A stretch of DNA of 64,000 nucleotides from NCBI GenBank assembly GCA_950097015.1, contig CATNEN010000024.1:558001-622000 (forward strand). The letters are read 5' to 3'. Below the pieces are notes generated by a model, which saw only the letters and a program-made list of their open reading frames with translations, did not search any database and was not told where the DNA came from. Shown here one piece after another: positions 54,110 to 64,000 of this stretch (its first letter is position 1; each line of letters starts with the position of its first letter). The DNA is from Macrostomum hystrix (Eukaryota; Animalia; Platyhelminthes). The position numbers and the translations under genes were made by a program.

Positions 54110-54300
54110 TTTCAGGAGGGTTGCGGGCAACGGCACATCTTTTGTTGGCACTAGACCCGCAGCCAGCAAGGAGGCAATTTTCTCCCAATTTTCTCTCAAT
54201 TTTCTCTCCGCTGCTGCACAAAAAAATTGTGGCCTCACCGTGGAGTCGAGCTCAGGAACCTTGGTGCGAGAGGCAGACGCCTTAGACTGCTGTCACTCAC
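54110..54300 (-). mobile_element. SINE family A, head and tail with the middle deleted
   Basis: Reverse-complement head (GAGCTCAGGAACCTTGGTGCGAGAGGC) joined to the tail (CTAGACCCGCAGCCAGCAAGGAGGCAATT). Confidence 0.7.
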
Positions 54301-54451
54301 CACCGCAAGCAAACTGGTACAGTTGAATTCTCGGTCAATAGTCACGAGTACTTTTTCTATAAGGGCGAAATGAAGCGTACGTGCATATACGGCTGCAGGG
54401 TAGCATTTCTGCGTTTGGGCTGTAGAGTAGCTCTAGTAGTATTGGTCTTTA

Positions 54452-55358
54452 TTGAATTGGCAGTTTAAACGATTGGACAGGATTGACCGAAAATTATTTT
54501 TACTCTCCAGCCTGGAGCAGGTGGAGATGGAACCTGGAGTGGTTTTGTCGTGCGACACTTCAACTGGCCTGGCGCACCCGTCTGTTCGCAGTACGCGCCG
54601 TTTGGTGGCCGAAAAATTCGTGTGGGACAAAATGAACCGAGACGTCAGTCAGTGGGCCCGAGCCTGCGTGGCATGCCAGACAGCCAAGGTCCACCGGCAT
54701 GTCGCCACACCCATCGACAGAATCCAAGTTCCCAGTCAGCGATTCGCCCACATGCATGTCGATCTAGTGGGACCTCTGCCGCAGTCACAGGGATTCACAC
54801 ACCTGTTTACCATCGTGGACCGGTTTACCCGGTGGCCAGATCAGGCGATCCCGATGACCGAAACTTCGGCAGCTGCCTGTGCATCTAGCATTCATTTTTC
54901 ACTGGATCGCCGTTTTGGCGTACCAAGCGACATGACCTCGGACAGGGGTTCGCAGTTCACCTCGCAGCTTTGGACAAACTGCTCCCGGCTCCTCGGCATG
55001 CAGCTTCACCGGACAACGGCTTTCCACCCGCAGGCGAATGGATTGGTCGAGCGGTTTCACCGGCAGTTAAAGGCTTCCTTGATGGCACGGTTAACAGGAC
55101 TTACGAGTTAACGAGTTACCCTGGGTGCTGCTCGGCATCCGCACGGCCCCAAAGGAGGATCTCCCGGCATCATCGGCAGAGCTGGTGTACGGAGCGCCGC
55201 TCAGTGTGCCTGGGGAGTGTCTGCTGCCCAGCCCACCTGAAAGCGCCTGCCCCGACCAGTTCTTGGCACAATTACGCACAGCTGTGCAGGCATTCCGGCC
55301 GGTGCCAACATCACATCATGGAAGCCGCCCATCTGCTTGGCCCACCGCGACGCGCTAA
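54452..55358 (+). mobile_element. Degenerate Ty3/Gypsy pol fragment (integrase zinc finger and core)
   Basis: HP...CVAC zinc finger, HVDLVGPLP, IVDRFTRWP, SDRGSQFTS, HPQANGLVERFHRQLK; frame break near 55111, then LLGIRT...AELVYG...PGE. No LTRs seen. Confidence 0.88.
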
Positions 55359-56039
55359 CGTTGTCAAGCCCACGGGCTGCGCAAATATACGAGCAACCGA
55401 AAGTTCATTTCTCTCTCTTTCGCATCGGCTCGCGAGCCACTACATTTTTTATTTTTACCGGCTTTTTGGCAGAATCCACCGGCCAAAATTTTTATACCCC
55501 AGCCAATTTTGACACCAATTCTTACAACTGGGTGGACTGAAAATCCGTTGTGCTGATATTGGAACTCACGGACCTTTCGGTCAGAAGTTGGAAGCTCTAA
55601 CACCTGACTACAAGCTCCCCTACCCAGAGAATAGATAGAATAGAATAGATGCCACTTATAGTCAATACACTTTAAAATAACAGAAATCACAATATATATG
55701 TTTATTTGCTTCTAGGAGTTAAGACTATGCCATATAGGTTACAACAGTGATTATAACTATCCGAATGCACACAACTGTCAGTTGTCAGAGCACAAAGCGG
55801 CAAAAAATCGAACGAAAAGTTATTAAATAATAATAAAAAACTGAAGCACCCTGCACTAAAACACTATTTTGTAGGCTTCAAAGACAGATTTAACACCAGC
55901 GAGGCAGAGACAACTTAGAGATTTTACTAACTTTATATACTTCGATTTTTCGTTATCACCAGTGCAGGGGTCCACAAACTTATGCCTATTGGGTCAACGA
56001 GAGAATCCAAGACACACTGCGGGCCGGATTGACTATTGA

Positions 56040-56875
56040 GAAATGAGACACAGGAAATATGAGATAGGGGAAGATGAGATAGGGGAAGATGAGACACAGG
56101 AAATATGAGATAGGGGAAGATGAGATAGGGGAAGATGAGACACAGGAAATATGAGATAGGGGAAGATGAGATAGGGGAAGATGAGATAGGGGAAGATGAG
56201 ACAGGGGAAGATGAGATTGGGGAAGATGAGATAGGGGAAGATGAGACACAGGGAAGATGAGATAGAGGAAGATGAGATAGAGGAAGATGAGACAGGGGAA
56301 GATGAGATTGGGGAAGATGAGATTGGGGAAGATGAGACAGGGGAAGATGAGATTGGGGAAGATGAGATAGGGGAAGATGAGACACAGGGAAGATGAGATA
56401 GAGGAAGATGAGATAGAGGAAGATGAGACAGGGGAAGATGAGATTGGGGAAGATGAGATTGGGGAAGATGAGATTGGGGAAGATGAGATTGGGGAAGATG
56501 AGACACAGGGAAGATGAGATAGAGGAAGATGAGACAGGGGAAGATGAGATAGGGAAGATGAGATAGGGGAAGATGAGACAGGGGAAGATGAGATTGGGGA
56601 AGATGAGATTGGGGAAGATGAGATTGGGGAAGATGAGATTGGGGAAGATGAGACAGGGGAAGATGAGACACAGGAAATATGAGATAGGGAAGATGAGATA
56701 GGGGAAGATGAGACAGGGGAAGATGAGACAGGGGTGAATGCAGACAGAAGAGAGATGAGACAGAGGAGAGATAAGATACGAGAGAGATGAGACAGGGGAG
56801 AGATGAGACAGGGGAGAGATAAGATAGGGGAGAATGATACAGGGGAGTAGCGAGACACGGGAGAGATGAGACAGA
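56040..56875. repeat. 15-17-bp minisatellite (GAGATAGGGGAAGAT)n
   Basis: Direct periodicity. Confidence 0.93.
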
Positions 56876-57499
56876 CCCGCGAGCTGTAGTTTGCGGGCCC
56901 CTGCTCAAGTAAGTGAAACTCCCCAGAGTCCGCCACTGGGTCAGCCAAGGTCAAATCAATAAACACCTGTCCTGTGGAATGAACGCAGACAAAGTCAAGG
57001 CATCTAGATTATTGATTGTCACAATGTTCAGATGGGGATTAAACAGGCTGAATAAGAAAAAAAAATCTTGGCCATGTTTTGAAAGCATCTGAATATAAGC
57101 AAAATGATCAAAGCTAGATTTAGACTAATTATTAGTTAATGCAATCCATAAATACGAGCCGCACGAGAAAAAAAGTTGTCACCTGATTTTTCAAGGGCAG
57201 AAAAGTAGGCCAAAATCGAATATTCACTAAAAGTACGATTTAATCTGTTAATTAAGATAAGAATTAGCACAGCAAACTAGTAGAAAGCGCTAAAGATTAA
57301 GGAGAATTTGTTTTGCAAGCAAATTGGCTGCCGATAAATGACAAAATAGTTTTTCACGTCGAATTACAAGGTAATTAAAGTATAAATTTTCAAAAATATG
57401 CATGGTTTGTACCATAGACAAAGGATTAAATAGGATGCAACGAGAATCAGCCTTCTATGAGGTGAGGTGTCCCTACACCTCAGTGAGAACCTATAGCCC

Positions 57500-57650
57500 A
57501 GCATTTAGAGCTTTGGGGTCTGCTAATGGGGAGGTCGGGAGTTCGATTCTCAACACAAAATTTGGGTCATTGATTGAGCAGGACATTAGATTCCACATTG
57601 CTTCAGTTCACCCAAATGTAAAATGGGTACATATAGAACTGGCTGAATAT
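57500..57650 (+). mobile_element. SINE family B-related (tRNA head plus CORE-like domain)
   Basis: GGTCGGGAGTTCGATTC B box and TTGCTTCAGTTCACCCAAATGTAAAATGGGTAC. Confidence 0.6.
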
Positions 57651-58184
57651 CTAGCTCAACTCTGACATGTGTGATTTATTTCTTTGCCACTCTATACTAA
57701 TATTGCCATATCAAGACTGTTAACCAAATAATGTTTAATTATAAAAGGAACTTATGTTTAATATCCAGACAATTACGACAAACCGGGATTAGCTAATTAA
57801 GTGTAAAAATGTTAATTTGTTTTCACAACACGGCAAAGCTACACAAAGCTATACAGTGTAATACCTGTGCAATTGACTTGTCTCAAAAAGTTACACCGAG
57901 TTGCTAATATACAATATTATAAGCAAACCGAGAATAGAAACTTGATAATAACACAGAGATAATAAGCGAAATGTAGAGATGTATGAGTGCTCTGCTCACA
58001 GCCAAAGTGGCGCGAATTCAAATAAAAAACTAGTTCGCTAAATCAGTTAGAATGGACTGCATTAGTTGCAAAATCTTTAAAGGGGTGTCCTAGCACAGCT
58101 GTTTATAAATTATGTTTATTTATAGCATATCAGATTTTCGATTCTTGAGCGTTGATCCAGATTCGGGCTGATGAGGTTTCGGGG

Positions 58185-58640
58185 ATCGATAGTCAAGTTT
58201 CCAGGTTTTCAAGTTTCGGAATAGTCAAGTTTCAGTCAGGTCAGGTTTCGGGGTGGTCAAGTTTCGGGGTGGTCAAGTTTCGGGGTGGTCAAGTTTCGGG
58301 GTGGTCAATTTTTGAAGTGGTCAAGTTTCGGGATAGTCAAGTTTCGGGATAGTCAAGTTTCGGGGTGGTCAAGTTTCGGGATAGTCAAGTTTCGGGATAG
58401 TCAAGTTTCGGGATAGTCAAGTTTCGGGATAGTCAAGTTTCGGGGTGGTCAAGTTTCGGGGTGGTCAAGTTTTGAAGTGGTCAAGTTTCGGGATAGTCAA
58501 GTTTCGGGATAGTCAAGTTTCGGGATAGTCAAGTTTCGGGATAGTCAAGTTTCGGGGTGATCGATTTCCGAAGTGGTCAAGTTTCGGGATAGTCAAGTTT
58601 CGAGGAGGTCAAAATTCGGGCAGGTCAAAATTCGGAGTGA
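58185..58640. repeat. 16-bp minisatellite (GGGATAGTCAAGTTTC)n
   Basis: Direct periodicity. Confidence 0.9.
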
Positions 58641-58950
58641 AAATAACACTCGAAATATTTTATCAGGAGTTACCTTGCAATTGTGCTGGGACACCAATTT
58701 AGCTATTTAAAAAAACTGGTGACATTCGGGCTTCCAGGATGGCACATAGCTCGTAATTGGTTAAACAAACTCCAATTCGAAGAATTTCAATCTGTCGAAT
58801 CTTTCTCCTTAATTCTCCTTAATAATAAGCCATGTCACCCTATTTGACGGCGGCAATTCGACAATGAAAACTGCAAAAGAGAGAATTGATACAAAGGAAA
58901 TACTTTTCTTTTAATCGAGCAAACAGCGGAAGCAGCAGGGCATTAACATA

Positions 58951-61900
58951 TTATAAGTAGGTGAGGGACAGGCAAGTCAGCAAGCAGCTGACACCTAGCC
59001 AACAGACTGTCCGAATGCTACTGATACTGACGGCACCTCCTGTTAAAGCCGCGGCACCGTCACTGCTGCCGCTGCCGCTGCTGCTGCTTCTGCTGAGCTG
59101 AAGGCTGCGACTTCTCTGCTGGTCCGTCTTTTTTAGAAACAGCTGGTCTTGATCGTCCGGGGTTCGACCTGAAAGCAATTAGGAAAATTGGCCATCCTTA
59201 GTCCCCTGCCTGGCCAATACCCCATCCTTAGTCACCTGCCTGGCCAATACCCCATCCTCAGTCACCAATACCCCATCCTCAGTCAACAATACCCCATCCT
59301 CAGTCAACAATACCCCATCCTCAGTCACCAATACCCCATCCTCAGTCAACAATACCCCATCCTCAGTCAACAATACCCCATCCTCAGTCACCAATACCCC
59401 ATCCTCAGTCAACAATACCCCATCCTCAGTCAACAATACCCCATCCTCAGTCAACAATACCCCATCCTCAGTCACCAATACCCCATCCTCAGTCAACAAT
59501 ACCCCATCCTCAGTCAACAATACCCCATCCTCAGTCAACAATACCCCATCCTCAGTCACCAATACCCCATCCTCAGTCAACAATACCCCATCCTCAGTCA
59601 ACAATACCCCATCCTCAGTCAACAATACCCCATCCTCAGTTACCAATACCCCATCCTCAGTCACCAATACCCCATCCTCAGTCACCAATACCCCATCCTC
59701 AGTCACCAATACCCCATCCTCAGTTACCAATACCCCATCCTCAGTCACCAATACCCCATCCTCAGTTACCAATACCCCATCCTCAGTCACCAATACCCCA
59801 TCCTCAGTTACCAATACCCCATCCTCAGTCACCAATACCCCATCCTCAGTCACCAATACCCCATCCTCAGTCACCAATACCCCGGCGGCCAAAAGCCGCA
59901 GCTTCACCCACCTGGCTGCCACAGCCCGTCGGGCAGCACTCGAAATCTGCCAGACACGCCGCTGAATGGCCGGACGTCGCCAGCCAGCAGTCCGGACAGC
60001 AGCGGGCGGCAATGGCCCTGATGCCGGATTCGATAATCACCGGGCCGCTGACCGGCCGGAATCGACCAGGTAACCATGGCAACGCTTTGAAAGAAGGCAA
60101 GCGGATACCAGCGGAATCTGAAACGGGAAAACATATTTTTTTCACAGTGTTGGATGTGGGATTTCTCTACATTTCCGAATGGGATTTCTCCGCATTTCCG
60201 AGTGGGATTTTATCAAGCGATCCTAGAGAAATTTCCTAAAATTTCCAAGCAAGGTTATTGTCAATTTTTGCGTGGGATTTCTCAGCATCTCACCTGGTAT
60301 CCAGGCCGGCATCTGTGCTGGCAATGAGCCAGCGGTGCAGCCGCTCGCTGTAGCGCTCCACCAGCACGAAGGAGTGGCCGCGAATGCCCAGCGAGTGGCG
60401 CGGATTGCACGAGACAAAGAACAGCTGGACGGAGTCGCCCTGCGCAGAAATTGCAAAAGGTTGCAAAAATTATTTTGCAAAGAACTAACCACTAATCAGG
60501 AATAAAGCATGGTAGGTGTGACTGAAATCGGAGTGAATGAGGTTGGAGTGACTGAGACTGGAGTGACTGAGATTGGAATGTATGAGAAACGGAGTGTCTG
60601 AGATAGGAGTGATTGAAGACTAGCTGAGCATATTCAAACTCACAGGTAAGTAGCCAGATTTAGTGGCATTGAGCAAAGCTAATTAGAACTCACAGGTGAG
60701 TAGTCAGATTTAGTGGCATTGAGCATAGCTAATTAGAACTCACAGGTGAGTAGTCAGATTTAGTGGCATTGAGCATAGCTAATTAGAACTCACAGGTGAG
60801 TAGTCAGATTTAGTGGCATTGAGCAAAGCTAATTAGAACTCACAGGTGAGTAGTCAGATTTAGTGGCATTGAGCAAAGCTAATTAGAACTCACAGGTGAG
60901 TAGTTAGATTTAGTGGCATTGAGCAAAGCTAATTAGAACTCACAGGTGAGTAGTCAGATTTAGTGGCATTGAGCAAAGCTAATTAGAACTCACAGGTGAG
61001 TAGTCAGATTTAGTGGCATTGAGCATAGCTAATTAGAACTCACAGGTGAGTAGTCAGATTTAGTAGCATTGAGCATAGCTAATTAGAACTCACAGGTGAG
61101 TAGTCAGATTTAGTGGCATTGAGCATAGCTAATTAGAACTCACAGGTGAGTATTTAGATTTAGTGGCATTGAGCGGATCGCCAAAGTCGGAGGCGAGGCC
61201 GGCAAAGTCGTAGCCAGTCTGTGGCTGGCCGGTGATGGCCTCCAGCCGCTGTGATTTGTCCAGATCGGCCGGGCTGGCCAGCGGCTGGAAGCCAACCCGC
61301 TGGCGGCCCAGCACGTCGGACACGAGGCGGCCGAGGTGCCAGGCATAATAGGCTAGGGTGTTGGGGCCGTACAGGGTGGCGCCGGCCTCATAATAAGTGC
61401 CCTAGGAATTTGACGGCTTATCATATAATAAATCCCAGTTCTAGATTCTTAAATCCCAATTTAGGATTCTTGAAATACCTATTTAAGATTTTGAAATCCC
61501 AATTTTAGATTCTGAAATCCCAATTTTAGATTTTGAAATCCCAATTTTAGATTCTGAAATCCCAATTTTAGATTCTGAAATCCCAATTTTAGATTCTGAA
61601 ATCCCAATTTTAGATTCTGAAATCCCAATTTTAGATTCTGAAATCCCAATTTAAGATTCTTGAAATACCAATTCAAGATTTTGAAATTTCAATTTTAGAT
61701 TCTAAAATCCCAATTTTAGATTTTGAAATCCTAATTTAAGATTCTTGAAATCCCAATTTTAGATTTTGAAATCCCAATTTTAGATTCTGAAATCCCAGTT
61801 TTAGATTCTTGAAATACCAATTTAAGATTCTTGAAATCCAAATTTTAGATTTTGAAATCCCAATTTTAGATTGTGAAATCCCAATTAAAGATTGGGAAAT

Positions 61901-63526
61901 CCCAACTTATTTATTTGAAAGATATATTTAAAATTGTGAAATATCCTATCTTGAATTCGGAAATTCCAATGCAGAACTATTTATTAGTACTTTTGGATTC
62001 TACAGTTTTTTGGAATATTCGAAAACTATATTATAAAAATCCTATATTGACTCGATTATGGCACTTAAATTTCGAAGCTAGATAACTACTCTCGCCCAGA
62101 TTACATGTACTAAATAGTAGTACACGGGAAATCGATTTAATTTTTAATTTAGAACTGACATTGTACTCACATTGTACTCCTGCTCAGTAGTAACGTAGAA
62201 ATAGTAGCCATTTGACAGGCCGTTCAGTTGCACCTTGCCGTTTTGCGGAAATCCCGGAGTCTGGAGAAAAAAATAAGTAAATATTGGATTCCTAGATTAG
62301 TTCTTAAATTCAGTCTTTATCTGCATTCTCCAATCTTACCTGTCCCAAATGCGTTATCAACCGCCTGCCAGACATTGTGGTAATCTCAGCCGGCAATGCC
62401 ACGATAAATAATTGGCCAATGCGCAGAATTTGAGTTGGCACAGTGTTTGACATGAACGGAATGTCCGACCACATTATCTGGGCATCAGTTATCGCGAAAA
62501 AGGAGTGATAAAAATGAATGAGATATTTCAGCATTGTTTTGTGTAAGTTCTGAATAAAAATAGTTGCTATAGACAATATGACGCAATAAAACAACATAGC
62601 AAGAGGATAAGGCTGGCTGGTGCAGTGGCAATGGAAGTGCACACCCATTGAATCCGCATCCAGTTGAAGAAATAGCTGAAGAGGCCATTAAAAAGACAAT
62701 TGTAGCAGACTAAACTTACAATAGATACATGAGACACGGGAGAGATGAGACACGGGAGAGATGAGACACGGGAGAGATGAGACACGGGAGAGATGAGACA
62801 CGGGAGAGATGAGACACGGGAGAGATGAGACAGTGGAGAGATGATATTAGATACGGGAGAGATGGGACACGGAAGAGATGAGACACGGGAGAGATAGGAC
62901 ATAGGAGAGATGAGACACTGGAGAGATGAGACAGGGGAGAGATGAGACACAGGAGAGATAAGACACGGGAGAGCTGAGACACGGTAGAGATGAGACACGG
63001 GAGAGATAATACAAGTGAGAGATGAGACACGGGAGAGATGAGACACGGGAGAGATGAGACGCGTGATTTGACATCGAAAAGCAAAAAGGCGCATAGTAAG
63101 TGATTAAAGGGGCAGCCAGGCAGTGGGCTGGATGACCGCTAGTTAAAATGAATTCAAAGCACAATATTCTATACTCACTCGGCCGGCATTCATGCAGATC
63201 TGCTTGGCGCCGTGGCAGGCCAGGTCAGCTGGCAGCACCGGGCCCATGATGTCCCGGATGAGGTTGATAAGGACGCTCGACTGTCGCCGGCCCATTGTGA
63301 AATAGTCGAACAGGCCGTAGCCGTCAACGGTGCCGCCGCAGAAGCCGTAGCCGAAGGCGGCGGGACAGACGCGCAGGAGCCTGTCCTGCCGATGAGGCGC
63401 ACCGGCAGATTCAACATTCCACGGCGCTGGGAAGGCCTCCGAGGTAACGTCGCGAACGTCGTAAACGGTGGCGAGTTGTGGGTCGGCACCGACTAGGTCG
63501 CTGACGGTGGCAGACTGGTGCAGTTT
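58951..63526 (-). CDS. ASAH2: Neutral/alkaline non-lysosomal ceramidase, 3' half; exons 63526-63179, 62477-62340, 62260-62171, 61401-61144, 60439-60294, 60117-59912, 59168-58951
   Basis: Motifs CPAAFGYGFCGGTVDG, CHGAKQI, LPAEITTMSGRRL, GLSNGYYFYVTTEQEY, YEAGATLYGPNTL, VSCNPRHS, DAGLDTRFRW, WSIP...PGDYRIRHQG. All junction phases agree; 5' exons lie beyond the window. Confidence 0.93.
59190..59882. repeat. 21-bp minisatellite (CCATCCTCAGTCACCAATACC)n
   Basis: Fills the last ceramidase intron. Confidence 0.95.
60625..61175. repeat. 50-bp tandem repeat spanning a ceramidase exon end and its donor site
   Basis: TAGTGGCATTGAGCAAAGCTAATTAGAACTCACAGGTGAGTAGTCAGATT x~11; the last copy overlaps exon 61401-61144. 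Confidence 0.95.
61440..61905. repeat. 21-bp minisatellite (AATCCCAATTTTAGATTCTGA)n
   Basis: Direct periodicity. Confidence 0.92.
62725..63062. repeat. 16-bp minisatellite (ATGAGACACGGGAGAG)n, related to 56040-56875
   Basis: Direct periodicity. Confidence 0.9.
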
Positions 63527-63771
63527 CTGTTATTTCAAACAAGATCAAGGTCAGACTGTCAGATCAATTGAGACATTCGTTGATTAGTCAGACAGTGTCA
63601 TTCAAAGATACATATTTTACTAGAATATACATTTTTGTATCGTCCTACTATCAGTAGCGCAAAATAACAAAGGATGCTACGCATGGCCGTTGGGACCAGA
63701 CTCAACCAGACTCAATATATGATTTTTTCTTCTAAAAGAAAAACAGAATGATCTTACAAGGGTTTTAGAGG

Positions 63772-64000
63772 AGGTTGAGTGGCAGAGTGGTTAACGCGTT
63801 TGCCTCTCGCACCAAGGTCCCTGAGCTCGATTCCGCGGCGAGGCCACATTAAATTGGGGCGCAGCCGCGGAGAGAAGGCTTGGGGGGCATGTCGTGCAAT
63901 TTATGCCCTTGAGGGCCAACCTCCAAGGCACAGTGAAAGTGTACACTGCCTGACGATGAGAAAGTCAGGGCAGATGTACAAACCTGTGTGAGTCTGTGCC
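63772..64000 (+). mobile_element. SINE family A, cut by the window end
   Basis: A box TGGCAGAGTGG, B-box-like GAGCTCGATTCC, colinear with the 14808 copy. Confidence 0.8.

Overview
Eukaryotic (invertebrate metazoan) genomic DNA. The GC-rich poly-Ala/Gln exons and minisatellite-packed introns best fit a free-living flatworm such as Macrostomum (inference, not verified). Five spliced genes lie in tandem on the minus strand: the 3' half of a neutral ceramidase (5' end off-window right), a complete PDIA6, a complete COE/EBF (collier) transcription factor, an orphan low-complexity gene, and the 5' part of a two-pore-domain K+ channel (3' end off-window left). Exon phases are consistent by hand for COE, PDIA6, ceramidase and the orphan; the K2P gene has one unresolved phase conflict. 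About a third or more of the window is tandem repeat, which explains most long ORFs in the supplied track. Mobile DNA: a Neptune-type Penelope-like element in a (GATA)n tract, carrying a minimal hammerhead ribozyme and a nested RTE-LINE tail; a Gypsy integrase relic; two tRNA-derived SINE families; a MITE. Most notable: two alternative KDEL-type last exons in PDIA6, a GPI-signal-like tail on the ceramidase, a ~290-aa K2P extracellular cap, palindromic COE sites inside the COE gene's own large intron, and several minisatellites whose unit reads as a GT...AG mini-intron. All coordinates were read by eye; repeat boundaries are approximate.
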